Assembly: GCA_950097015.1 (NCBI GenBank)
Contig: CATNEN010000002.1
Span: 1,426,001 to 1,490,000, forward strand
DNA: 64,000 nt
DNA from: Macrostomum hystrix
Lineage: Eukaryota > Animalia > Platyhelminthes
Reading direction: 5' to 3'
Shown: in pieces, positions 46,002-59,700 of the stretch
How the letters are laid out: each line of letters begins with the position of its first letter
Numbering within the stretch: the stretch's first letter is position 1
Program-made: the position numbers and the translations under genes
Notes under the pieces: model-generated
Told to the model about the DNA's origin: nothing
The model's database searches: none
What the model saw: the letters and a program-made list of their open reading frames with translations, nothing else

Positions 46002-48218
46002 TCACGGCTCCTGACACTTGATCATCACTTTGATGGCATTGCCGGCTCCCGTTTTGGCCGTCTCGAAGGCCTCGACACTCTTTGATAGCGGAAAGCTGCG
46101 ATCGAAAATGTCAAGTAGATGGTTTATTGACTTAATTATATTGGCTCGGATTAATTTTATTTAGTTTATTAACTTAGCCTTGTCACTTTTGCAGCCAAGT
46201 GTCATCAACATTTTAATCTACGCCCAACACAGACTAGGGACGTTTTTGTCCGCTCCCAGTTTTTTGTCACTATTTTATTGTCTTGCATCTGCACTTTGAT
46301 CCGCGCCGGGGACACACTCTCTCTCACCCTGCATGGTGGGGATCAGGGCCTTTTGTGTATGCCTGTGTGTGTGATTCTGCCGGTTTATTGATAGGGTTGC
46401 TTGTCTCACGTGATCTTCAGAGGACTGTCTGTTTATTGTTCTAATGACTCATGCCTATTTTTAGTAACAAGTCTGCCCGTCCGATGAGTTTTCTCCGACG
46501 TATTCTGACGTCAGTTTCTATTTTTAGTAACAGATCCTTGGTTATAGGCCTGCTGCCTTATTTATCTGACGTCCGTTTCTATTAATAGAAACCACGTGAT
46601 GCGTCGGCTACCCATACCTTGTCTGCCCCAGTTAGGCCAAGTAATTTAGTTTTTTGTTGGTATTTTATTATTCTTCCTGTTTTCTTTTTTTATTGATTGA
46701 TAATTAATATTTCCGATTTTAATTAACTCTAATCCCCTCTAACTACCAAGATCCAGTTGAGGTTGGCCAGTGATCTTCGGCACTGTGCTGAACATAATTT
46801 TGCGAGAGCCTCATTCCGACTCTGACTAATTTATTTTTTAGTGTGGGCTAGTGAACGCAGTGCGCTGTCTACATTTGTCTGGAAATTCAACGCAACTACA
46901 GATTGGAGCCGCCTGTCTCGTGAGTTGGCTGATCTCATCATTGTTGACGGGCAGACACTTCACTTGTTAACTATAACTTTCTCTCGTTAAGGAAGCTTTA
47001 CAATTTTAAGCGTCACTGAATGGCAAACTCACCGATGAGTGATCAACGGTTTGACGTTGACACGGCCTTGCGCCACCATTGACAGCGCGTCCTGGTAGCA
47101 ATTGGCGTAGCGGAACACTCCGCGAATGTCCACCTCGCGCACGCTGGCCTGCACAATCGGCAGCGAGATCTCCGCCTTGCCGAGGCCCACCAGAACGACG
47201 CAGCCACCGGAGCGACAGGTGAATACAGCCAGGCGAATCGACTGCTCTGCGCCGGTGCACTCGATCACAACATCTGGCTGATAACCGTTGAATAGTGATG
47301 ATGCTTGGGCGACTAGCGACTCTGCGTCTGCAATAAATAGTGGACTACATACTTTATTTAGGTCCATTGATTTAAACAGCTTAAAATCAACGCTTATGGC
47401 CCGTTCTTTACCTCCCGTCGACAAAAGCGTGGCGTCAGCGCCCATCTCCTTGGCAACGGCCAGTCGGTGCGGGTTGATGTCGGTCAAGACGACAGCATCG
47501 GCGCCCATGGCCCTGGCCGTCAGCAGGTTGACGAGGCCGATTGGCCCGGCGCCGCAGACCAGCACTCGGCTGCCGAGGGTCACGCCGCCTCTCCGACAGG
47601 CGTGAACTCCCACGCTGAGCGGCTCGAGCAGGGCGCCCTCCTCCAGAGAGACGTGCTCCGGGAGGCGAAAGCAAAAGTCCGCGTCGTGCACGTGCCACCC
47701 GCTCAGGCTGCCATCGACTGGCGGGGTGGCCAGGAACTTCATGTCCGGGCACAGGTTGTAGCGGCCTGACCGGCAGTGCTGGCAGAAGCGGCAGGGAACT
47801 CCCGGCTCGATGGCCACTCGATCGCCCGGCTGGAGGCTCGTCACCTCGTCGCCGACCGCGGCAACCACGCCGGCCGACTCGTGACCGAGCACCATGGGCT
47901 GACGGACCACGAAGTTGCCGATTGCTCCGTGAGTCCAATAGTGCACGTCCGAGCCGCAGATGCCCACTGAGTCCATTCGGAGCAGGACTTGGCGCGGCCC
48001 GGGCACCGGGATCGGCCTCTCCTCCTGCGTAAACAATGATGGCACATGGACCATTGTGCGTCACAAGGAATCAAGTTGGTAGTAAATAACGTATGCATTT
48101 TTGTAATTCGGCAGCTATCTGGTTTTAAATTTTTTATGAAAAAGACAAACTGCCAACCCACAAAAATGATTTTGTTGACACTCTGCAGCACCACAGAAGT
48201 ATTCCTCTTGTCAGACAT
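46002..48218 (-). CDS. SORD: Sorbitol dehydrogenase paralog B, 4 exons
   Basis: Exons 48218-48162, 48024-47412, 47327-47033, 46095-46002. Canonical LVGLG...[11 protein letters not shown] and [19 protein letters not shown]. Confidence 0.95.
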
Positions 48219-50597
48219 GCTTGTGCTGGTACGCCTGGCTAGAATGCAGTTAGCTGCATCGAATAAAACGGAAGTGAGTCAGTTTGTTTTATGTAATGTT
48301 TAATTTAGATTTCTAAACCAAATATAAACATTTGTACAAATTGTGATTCACAGAAAAAGTATTTGCCAGTAGTTGATGCAGTTGCTATTAAATTCTTCTT
48401 AAATACTTAATTCGGTTGGTTTTAGGGTTCTGGAACTAACTTTATAAGTATCCAGGTAAACTACTGCTTCAGTTTATAAATGAGGACATTATGATCATAT
48501 TTTACAGATTGTTTGCAGTAAAGTAGCGCTAAGTTAATGAAATTTAAGTTAAAAAATAGCATTTATTGAAAAAAATTGATATTCCACGTGGTTGAGATAA
48601 AAAAATAAAATTCTTACTAGATTTAACAGATAATAAACATGCCATTAGAGCTTCATTAACTTGTAACTAAAACTGATAATTTACTGAAAACTATATCTAA
48701 CTGCTTTACTAGTTGATTAGATTTTCTATGTTGTTTTCAACTTTATAATTATAACGACTTTTTATTTCTTAGTTGTAATAAATGATACGTGATTACCTTA
48801 ACTTGACTATACCTCAAAAGAGTATATTAAGTGACAAATAAAAGCTATACTTATACTTATTTGTGAATATGTATATTGTATTAGCTGGTTATTAAATACT
48901 AGCAAACACTTTTACAAGCATATAAGGGAGAGATCACATAGCCAGACTACTATATTTTGGTAAGTATTAGGAGGTGCATATAATAAGTACAAGTTATTAT
49001 GACTTATGCATCCATTCTTAAGTGATAACATAGGGAAAAGCTAATGATAGTACAGGTAGAAATGAAGTATATTTTTGTCTAGATTTTAATATTACCAAGT
49101 CTATATAAAATATAGTTAAATAATTTTTGAATCACTTAGATCACTAATTACTGATTTGCGTAATTTTAGTTTTTAATAATACAAACTACTAATTTAATAT
49201 ATAGTTGATTGATTATGTTGGTTGATGGTGGCGTACAAAAATTGACAAGAGAGGAGCCATAATGCAAATAGTTTCGATTTCACATAAAGGTATTGATGCT
49301 TCAGAAAAACAAATGTTAAAAATTATGTGATTTCAATCGGACCTTTTATGTATCGCATGAATAAAAGTGAATTTTTTTATTTTGCACCTGCCCACCGGAG
49401 CTTTTATCAGAAAGGTGACATTTCAAAGTGCGGTAAGAATATAATTATCGCAGAAAGAGACTGATTGTCTAGGAAAAGTTGTTATTTTTTAGAGTTTATC
49501 TTTAAACTTAAAACATAAATATTGTTTTAAAATACGAGGTATTAAACTTTTTATCTTGTTTATTTACAATTTATTATTTTACTAGAATTATTATTCCGGT
49601 GTTTGAATATCTAACACGCCTAAGCTACTTTTAGAATAATTGACGATCAATAGCAACGGCAGAGAATTTCTAAGGAAATAATAATATAACGTCAGTAAAA
49701 AAAATACGAGCTGGTTTTCTTCTGAGAACGCCAGAATTTTTTTTAAGCTTTTGGTGGCTAGCGTCCGGCCAGCGTCAGTACAGCCGCAACTCAAAACCCC
49801 TCAGCCTCAGTCAAGTAGAGGTTAGCTGACTCGCTAAGCCAGGGGAGGGGTTGGCGAAAATTGTCACGATAAATTTTCGCACCTCCCCTAGGCCCCTTAG
49901 TTTTTATCCTGCGCTGTTATCTTAATATAAATCTAAGCGCAATTCAGCGCATAAAGTCTTCGCTGCCATTCCACTCTTAAACAAAAAGACCTTCCGCCTT
50001 AGGGACTTCAATTCGGTCATGGCCATGCACCACTGGCCCTCCACACCACACTGTTCAGGTAACTCAAGGACCACTTATAGTATTTAGCAGTACAGTCCTT
50101 TAATTGGTGTTAATTTGTGGCCATGCATGGTAGTGATTAACTTAGTATAGTGACGGACTGACGACTTGAGTATCGGGTGATCTATTCCCAACTCCACTGG
50201 AACATGCAACTAGTGAAGTTAGCTTACAAAAAATTAACATGGTGTTGCAAGAACGTACATAATTCTGTTTTGCTGCTAACTAATTAATCACTAATTCAAA
50301 TTATCAAATAAGTCTTTATCTCAATGAAAATAGAAAAGCTACAGCTAGATGACCTTAATTAGTATGTGTAAGTCGATCTTTTTCCGCAATTTTTAGGCGA
50401 TCGAATATATATTTTAGTAGCATATATAGTGATGTCGCCCCAGCTCACTCTAACGAAAAGAAAAAAATTATGAGGCTTCAACAAATTAAAATTATATGCA
50501 TAAAAATGTACAGCAATAGCCAACCACATTGTGAATATTTTTGAAAAAAAAATCATGTTAGAAAGTAAACAATTTATGTGAATCGGCTTCTTCACAC

Positions 50598-52542
50598 TCA
50601 ATCGTCGTCATCATCATTTCTCTGCTTCTTCTTCGTGCCGAATACCATCTTCTTCCAGGTCTCCGCTGACTTTCGCTCGGCCTTGGTGATGCCGCTAAAG
50701 TCCAGTGTGTTGAGCGTCGGCACTAGGCCCAGAACGAAGTAAAAGTAGCCCTTGACAATGAATTAAGATTAAAGTGTGGAGACACATCTATTGGATTGTT
50801 AAGCATCTGTTATAAAGCTCACCTTCTGTTTCTCAACCGGATTCGCGTGAAGGCTGAGCTTCTTCAGCTGGCGCAGCAGGCCCAGCTTCTCTACCTGCTG
50901 AAGGTCGTCGATTCGATTCGCGTGCAGATTGAGAATCTGCAGGCTGGGGAAAGACAATAGAACCTGCAAATTGTAGGCAGGTAAGAAGGGGCGTCTATAA
51001 GGGGTGTCATTCAAATCTTAGATGCCAACAGGTAAAAATTAGAAGCAGCATGCTTCTCATTTTACTCGGATCGAGATAAAATCATAAAATGTAGGATGCA
51101 CACTTGCATAAAACATTTTAGTGAAGATATGTCTCATAAAATATGTGTACGAGCCTACAGCCTACTCGTAGTAGGCTGTTTATTTACTGTATGTTTATTC
51201 CTCAATTTTACGTACATTTAGTTTTTGAATTTACGCAAAATAATTTTAAAGCATCGGAAATTTATTTTTTGTTATAATGACGTTTTTGTTTTAATACACC
51301 GAAGTAAACGGTGTACAAGTGAGGCGATTTTTGGTAGTTGAATCAACTTGTTCGTTCCACCGAAAAGTTCAGAAGTAAAATAAGCATTTTGTGTTAGTTA
51401 TTTGATAAAGGCTGGAAAGCTACAAGCGTTATACATACAAGAGACATAAAGTGTTAGACTTGTTATACGAGTAGAAGTACACGAATTTGGGTTATTAGAG
51501 AAGAGCCCTGCAACCTATGTACAGTTCTATTCGAAGCAGGATCCCTAGTATAGATTGACTGCTGCACCTATATAAAAACACAACTTGATATCTGTAATAA
51601 AGTGATACATAAGCGCTCACATCTGGAATGGCAGTCAGACAATTGTGCGAAAGATCAAGCCAGGACAGGCTGCTTGGAGATGCAAACAGTTGCGAGACAA
51701 ATTCTGGCAGGGTTACTACAGACTCGATGCCGTTGTTGTTTAGCTGCAACCCGGTGGAAGTGTACTTTCCATTCTTGTCCTTCTTGTAGCCCTTCTTGCT
51801 GTTTGGAATAGGTCGCGGCTCCTGATCAACCATCTCTGTGTGCGAGATATTATTTTATTAACATTTTACAGAAATATTTTTTATTTCGAGTTGCTTGCTT
51901 ACGACTATGAACTAAATGTGCGACTTTTCAATTAGACCATTTAAAAAACCATCTGAAATATTTAACATGCTGCTTACCTTCGAGCTTGCTGATTTCCATA
52001 AAGCCATAGTTAACTGGGGGACTCGTCTCACCGCGACAGTCAATTCGACCTTTACTTCTGCAACATTGTTATTTAAGAATAATTATCCATTATTAGTGGC
52101 TTATCAGCAGTTTAGATAAGGTTATCAGTTTGTCTTACATTGTTCTTGATATAAGATTCAATAAAAAAACTGAAAAACCATAATTATAGAAGGTCTGAGT
52201 CCGACTCTGAGGCTTACATATGCTGACACAAACAAGTAAAGGTAAAAGGGCAAAGAATGATAATTGATGCCCATATTTTATCTTAGCCGTGATGACTTTT
52301 GTATGAAGTAAATTTTATATCTTGTTTCTACATGCAAACCATTATTTAGGAAAACATCTACGAACTGACAAGTCCTATGGCTGTGGGCATTCTTGCTCCC
52401 ACTCCTACAGACCATATCTGCTCCGAATTCATAGATAATTATATAAAGACGAATCAATATTTTATATTCGTATTGCACTTTCTTTCAAGTTTATATAATA
52501 TAAGCAAAAAATGAACAAATTAAGTTTAACTTACTCTGTCAT
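50598..52542 (-). CDS. LRRC51: Leucine-rich repeat protein 51, 5 exons
   Basis: Exons 52542-52535, 52057-51978, 51835-51621, 50963-50823, 50750-50598. Motifs PPVNYGF..I, EPR, L.LNNN, WLDLSHN, LNLHAN, LSLHANPVE..KGY, LDFSGITKAER..AETWK match LRRC51. Confidence 0.88.
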
Positions 52543-53760
52543 TGTTGATTCGTCGTTAGATGCTTTTTTTAGATGCAACAACGTCGTTATTTTCACACTA
52601 CCGACAAGAACCGATTTCTAAAAAAATTGAAAGTCTTTGACAAGTTAAAAATCATACCCTAGCGTTGTCTTAGATATTAAGTAGTATAACAAATTTCTAA
52701 ACTATAAAGATCAAAATTGCAAGCAATATTTAAACACTGTAACTTAAACTATAATAACAGTAAAAATTGGTATGTCTTATTCCTCTAGGTTACCGTATTA
52801 TTTTTCTTTTCTTGAAGTTTTTTGAGTTTCTTATAAAAGTTTCCAGGTGTTTATTTAGAAATCCAAATTCAGCAAATGCGGCGCCGGCACGCGCCACCTT
52901 CACAAGATATTATGTCGATGAGTTATTAAGAGAACAATCGAATCAGCTTGCAAACTTCAATGTTAGTCAAATATTTAGTTCCAAGTTGTTTCGGTATTTT
53001 ACACATTATACAGTTATACTGAAGTTTATGCTTACTAAAAGCTTAAGCTAATGTCGTCACCACATGGAAAAATTTGTTATTAGTTTTTATACTTCGTTTA
53101 TTACGAAAATAGTAATATATTTATTTTATTCGGGTAGATTTAAACTTTATAAATAAAGATTTAAATTACAAGCATGTTTTTTACCATTTATGAATTATGA
53201 CAGCCTCCAACTATTTTGCTATAGATAGGCCCCTATGCCGGCTATGGCTAGATGTCTAGATAAACTCTAGTCTAAGATCCTAAGACCAACATTTAATATT
53301 GACCTGCTTAATGCTTGATAATGTGCTTTAACATGACATGGTGACAGTTTATATTGTCAATATATAAAAGTCAGGATATTGACATACATTAGAAATTGGA
53401 CAACAGATTTGACAACACTTAATTGCTATTAGATATTATACTGCATTAAGCTTTGTTGAGTTAAAGTAAGTTATGAACCTACTTGCTTACCTATTGTTAT
53501 TTCTTTTATCAAGTTTAAACCATATATATATTTTATCTATAAAGTTGTGATACAATTAGACAATACAAACAAACAAACAATAAAAATATTAAGCTTTTAA
53601 TCAACTTAGCTAAGTATTGTGCTGAGTGTACTCAATATTTTTTTCTTATTGTATGGTTCAAGTAATCTATTAATATAATCATTTGACAAACAATTTGTTT
53701 ATATTAAGACACATTTAATTACCTAAGCAATTATCTTTGTCTCTATTCAACCCTCTAGCA

Positions 53761-56700
53761 ATGCATCATCAACAGCGTCCAATCAACATTGGTATTCTTG
53801 CCATAGAATTATACTTTCCGAATCAGTACTGCGACCAATCAGAGCTTGAGGAATTTGATGGTGTTTCCAAGGGCAAGTACACTATTGGACTGGGACAGTC
53901 CCAGATTGGCTTCTGTTATCCAGATGAAGACGTCAATTCTATGGCATTAACTGTCACACAGGCACTGTTTCAACGGCATCAAATTTCGCCAGATCAAATT
54001 GGTTTTCTAGAAGTTGGCACCGAGACACTGGTTGACAAATCTAAGAGTACAAAGACCTACTTAATGCAACTTTTTGGTGGAAATACTCAAGTTGAAGGAG
54101 TTGATGTCAAGAATGCCTGCTTTGGTGGTACTCAGGTGAGATAAAGTTTTCGAGTTATTTAGCTTTTAGTTAGTTAGCCAGTCGAACTTGTTTTAGTCTA
54201 AATCAGGCGTCGGCAAACTCCGGCCCGTGGGCCAGATGTGGCCCTCGAAGCTCCCAAATTGGGCCCGTTGCCCCTTCCAACACCTACAGCATCCTCTTTA
54301 TGTTTCCCAGGTCTCGTCTCTCCTCGGTCACGTATCTACTGTGTCTCATCTCTCCTGTGCCTCATCTCTCCTGTGCCTCATCTCTCCCGTGTCTCATCTC
54401 TCCTGTGCCTCATCTCTCCTGTGTCTCATCTCTCCTGTGTCTCATCTCTCCTGTGTCTCATCTCTCCTGTGTCTCATCTCTCCTGTGTCTCATCTCTCCT
54501 GTGTCTCATCTCTCCTGTGCCTCATCACTCCTGCGCCTCATCTCTCCTGTGTCTCATTTCTCCTGTGTCTCATCTCTCCTGTGTCTCATCTCTCCTGTGT
54601 CTCATCTCTCCTGTGTCTCATCTCTCCTGTGTCTCATCTCTCATGTGTCTCATCTCTCCTGTGCCTCATCTCTCCCGTGTCTCATCTCTCCTGTGCCTCA
54701 TCTCTCCTGTGTCTCACCTCTCCCCTATCTCATATTTCTACAATCAATGGGGCCCGCTGTCGTCTTTTAGGTTTTCTTTTTGGCCCGCTAGCTAATAAGT
54801 TTGCCGACCCCTTGTCTAAATAAAGCTATCGCTGTCTCCATTCTGTCTCCAACATTGACTACTGACAGTAGCATCGTCAGTTTTTTATCAACTAAATTCA
54901 CAACTTTTCGATCCAGCTTATATCAGTAAAAAGACGATGCACTAGTTTTCACCCTAGGGAAAGACCATCGGGCAACTAAGAATTCTCAGTATTAACCTCT
55001 GGCGAATCCATATCATGGGTTTTAATAATATAGTAATTACAGGCACAACAATTACAGCACCCGGATCACCCTTCCGTGTATCCACCCATTGCTCAGGCCC
55101 TATTCCACGCCGTCAACTGGTTGGAGTCAAGCTACTGGGACGGCCGCCTAGCCCTTGTGGTTTGCTCAGACATTGCTGTGTACGCCCGCGGCCCAGCCAG
55201 GTGTACCGGCGGCGCTGGTGCCGTGGCCCTCCTGCTCGGCCCCGACGCTCCGCTGGTGTTTGACGCCGGCGTGCGAGCGCTGCACATGTCGCACGAGTTC
55301 GATTTTTACAAACCCGACCCGACTAGCGAATATGCCACTGTTGATGGCCAGGCTAGCCTTGCCTGCTATCTCACCGCGCTTGACTCCTGCTACAGCCTGT
55401 TTAGAGAGCAACTGGCTAGGGCCGGTGAGCTGCTTCTGTTCTCGCTGTTCTCTATGCTGTTCTAGATGTCCTGTTCTGTATCTTCTGTATGCTCTGTATG
55501 CTTTGTTCTGTTGGTTTATGTTCTGTATCCTCCGTTCTGTATGTTTTGTATGTTCTGTATGCTTTGTTCTGTTCTGTATCTTCTGTTCTGTATGTTCTGT
55601 GTGCTTTGTTCTGTAGGTTTCTGTTCTGTATCTTCTGTTCTGTATGTTTTGTATGTTCTGTATGCTTTGTTCTGTTCTGTATCTTCTGTTCTGTATGTTC
55701 TGTGTGCTTTGTTCTGTTGGTTTATGTTCTGTATCTTCTGTTCTGCATGTTCAGTGTGTTCTGTTCAATTAGTTTCTGTTCTGTATATTCTGTATGCTCT
55801 GTTCTGTATGTTCTATATGTTCTGTTCTACGAGTATATGTTCTGTGTGCTTTGTTCTGTAGGTTTCTGTTCTGTATCTTCTGTTCTGTATGTTTTGTATG
55901 TTCTGTATGCTTTGTTCTGTTGTGTATCTTCTGTTCTGTATGTTCTGATCTGTAACTTTTGTGTGTTCTATATGCTCTGTTCTGTATATTCTGCTTTGTC
56001 TGTCCGTCTGTCTGTGTCTCTTTTGCTACCTGTCTTTTTAATCTAAAGATTATAATATTATCCTGCTATTTCTGCCTGCAAGACATGTCTTCTGAAACCG
56101 AAAGCTAACGGAAACCACTCCACCCCACTTGCTACCAGATCAAACTGATATTCTGTCAGCCAAGCAGCCTCGCTATTTCTGTTTTCACACACCGTTCTGC
56201 CGTCTGGTGCAGAAGTCATTCGCCAGACTAGTCTATTTGGACTGCGTCCTGCGGCTCAAACACAATGGGCCGCAGAATTGCATTGATAAGCATTACGCAG
56301 GCTACGAGTGAGTTTGCAGACTCCTCAATTGAACTGTTCACAGTAGGTAGGTAAATGGGTGGTTCTAAAAAGGGCCGTTTTTTAATACTGAAATTCCAGA
56401 AAGCTTTCGCTGGAAGAGTCGCGGCTTAATAAAGAATTCGAATCGATTTGTTTGAAGGCGGCGCAGAGTCAGTTCGATAAACAGGCCAGTCCTAGTTTAA
56501 CGCTGGCAAGACGAGCTGGCAATATGTATACACCGTCTGTCTATGCCAGCCTTGTCTCCTGTCTGATTGGGTCAGTTTTTTTCTTGTTTTTTGTATCTCT
56601 ATGAATGTAGGACTACATTTGGTTTCTTTAAAATAAAGTGATGTTGTTTTTAAATCCTCAATTGACTGAAATCCATTTTCCTAATATCGTCATTTTACAG

Positions 56701-59700
56701 AACTCACATTTTTATATCCCCCGAATTAAAAAAATTCCATTTCTCTAGTATCCCAATTGACAAAAATTGCTATTTACTAATGTCATCGTCTAGCCGAAAT
56801 CCCATTTCTAAAATATCCCCTATAAAAAAATCTAATTTCTCTTATATCCTTGTGTAACGGAAATCATTTTTTTATATGTCCCTAATTTAAAAAAGTTCGA
56901 TTTCTCTGACATCCTCAATTCGCGAATCGCCTGACAGTTGAGGTTCAGCTCAACTCCAAAAAATCCTCAAAATGCCTTCAGATCCTCGCCCGCCGAGTTG
57001 GCTGGGCAGCGCATTGCTCTGTTCTCCTACGGCTCCGGCCTAGCCGCGGCGATGTTCTCCCTCACGTGTACAAGTGACCAGTCCCGATTGGCCGACCTAG
57101 TGGCCTCCCTGGGTCACGTGACTAGCTGGCTGGACGACCGGCGGCGAGTCAGTCCGGCCGAGTTTCATCGCACATTGCAGGAACGAGAAGAGGCCTACGC
57201 TAAAAGTGAGGCTAAATCTGCAATAAGTTTATTTAATCCCTTTAATTATTTTTATTATTTTTTATCTTCTTTCGTAAATTTGGGATCCCTTCTTTTTGAA
57301 ATTCCTTACTTAATCCTCCCCAATTTTAGATCCTCTCATCTTATCTCATTTTGAGATCCCCAACTTAGTATTCCCTAATTTTGATATCCCCTACTTAGTA
57401 TTCCCCAATTTTGATATCCCCTATTTAGTATTCCCCAATTTTGAGATCCCCTACTTAGTATTCCCCAATTTTGATATCCCCAATTTAGTATTCCCCAATT
57501 TTGATATCCCCTACTTAGTATTCCCCAATTTTGATATCCCCTACTTAGTATTCCCCAATTTTGATATCCCCTACTTAGTATTCCCCAATTTTGATATCCC
57601 CTACTTAGTATTCCCCAATTTTGATGTCCCCTATTTAGTATTCCCCAATTTTGAGATCCCCTACTTAGTATTCCCCAATTTTGAGATCCCCTATTTAGTA
57701 TTCCCCAATTTTGATATCCCCTACTTAGTATTCCCCAATTTTGATATCCCCAATTTAGTATTCCCCAATTTTGATATCCCCTACTTAGTATTCCCCAATT
57801 TTGATATCCCCTACTTAGTATTCCCCAATTTTGATATCCCCTACTTAGTATTCCCCAATTTTGATATCCCCTACTTAGTATTCCCCAATTTTGATGTCCC
57901 CTATTTAGTATTCCCCAATTTTGAGATCCCCTACTTAGTATTCCCCAATTTTGAGATCCCCTATTTAGTATTCCCCAATTTTGATATCCCCTACTTAGTA
58001 TTCCCTAATTTTGATATCCCCTACTTAGTATTCCCCAATTTTGATATCCCCTACTTAGTATTCCCCAATTTTGATATCCCCTACTTAGTATTCCCCAAAT
58101 TTGATATCCCCTACTTAGTATTCCCCTATTTAGTATTCCCTAATTTTGATATCCCTTACTTAGTATTCCCCAATTTTAGTATCCCCTACTTAGTATTCCC
58201 CAATTTTGATATCCCCTACTTAGTATTCCCCAATTTTGATATCCCTTACTTAGTATTCCCCAATTTTGATATCCCCTACTTAGTATTCCCCAATTTTGAT
58301 ATCACCTACTTAGTATTCCCCAATTTTGATATCCCCTATTTAGTATTCCCCTATTTAGTATTCCCTAATTTTGATATCCCCTACTTAGTATTCCCTAATT
58401 TTGATATCCCCTACTTAGTATTCCCCAATTTTGATATCCCCTACTTAGTATTCCCCAATTTTGAGATCCCCTACTTAGTATTCCCCAATTTTGATATCCC
58501 CTATTTAGTATTCCCCTATTTAGTATTCCCCAATTTTGATATCCCCTACTTAGTATTCCCTAATTTTGATATTCCCTACTTAGTATTCCCTAATTTTGAT
58601 ATCCCCTACTTAGTATTCCCCAATTTTAATATCCCCTACTTAGTATTCCCCAATTTTGATATCCCCTACTTAGTATTCCCCAATTTTAGTATCCCCTACT
58701 TAGTATTCCCCAATTTTGATATCCCCTACTTAGTATTCCCCAATTTTAGTATCCCCTACTTAGTATTCCCCAATTTTGATATCCCCTACTTAGTATTCCC
58801 TAATTTTGAGATCCCCTACTTAGTATTCCCCAATTTTAATATCCCCTACTTAGTATTCCCTAATTTTGAGATCCCCTACTCAGTATTCCCCAATGTTAAT
58901 ATCCCCTACTTAGTATTCCCCAATTTTAATATCCCCTACTTAGTATTCCCAAATTTTGATATCCCCTACTTAGTATTCCCAAATTTTGAGATCCCCTACT
59001 TAGTATTCCCAAGTTTTAATATCCCCTACTTAGTATTCCCAAATTTTGAGATCCCCTACTCAGTATTCCCCAATTTTAATATCCCCTACTTAGTATTCCC
59101 CAATTTTGAGATCCCCTACTTAGTATTCCCCAATTTAGATCCTCTCATATTATATAATTTTAAGATCCCCTTTATCTTTCCCAATTCTAAGATCATTACT
59201 TCGTCTTCCCCAATTTCGAGATCGTTTTATTAATCTTCCCTAATTTTGACATCCTCTACTTAGTCTTACTTGATTTAAAAATCTACTACTTTAGGTTCCT
59301 TAAACTTGAGCATTTTAATCTTCATTTAGGTGGAAACCCCTTCTTAAGCTTGCTTGAATCGGACATGCCATTGTTATAATCTTACTTAAATTTGGGATTC
59401 CATTGTAAATCACATTTATATCTTCTACGAGTATCCCGCTAAAAAATAGGGATGTTTCTTTGGGTGATTCCAGTTGGAATCTGCGGTGTTTCCAGAAAAA
59501 GAAACAGCCGAACGCTGGAAACATACCAATCGGATGATTCCATGCTTAGAATCTACCCAACTGGGCGTTTTCTCGGTGCTTCTTGGTGGCGAAATGGAAT
59601 CACCCAAAGAATCCTCCAGTTCGGAAGATTCCATACTCAGAAACCGCCGAGGAATCGCCCGTAAATAATTCTCTGGTTGTCCCATGGGCCACTGGTTGGG

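Noticed and set aside
47029-48054. 341-aa single ORF as an intronless SORD
   Set aside because: It reads through an 84-nt in-frame GT-AG intron and starts in intron 1; the spliced four-exon model fits SORD better.
54109-54135. HMGCS active-site NACFGG instead of NACYGG
   Set aside because: To my recollection the Phe variant occurs in other invertebrate HMG-CoA synthases; the catalytic Cys is intact.
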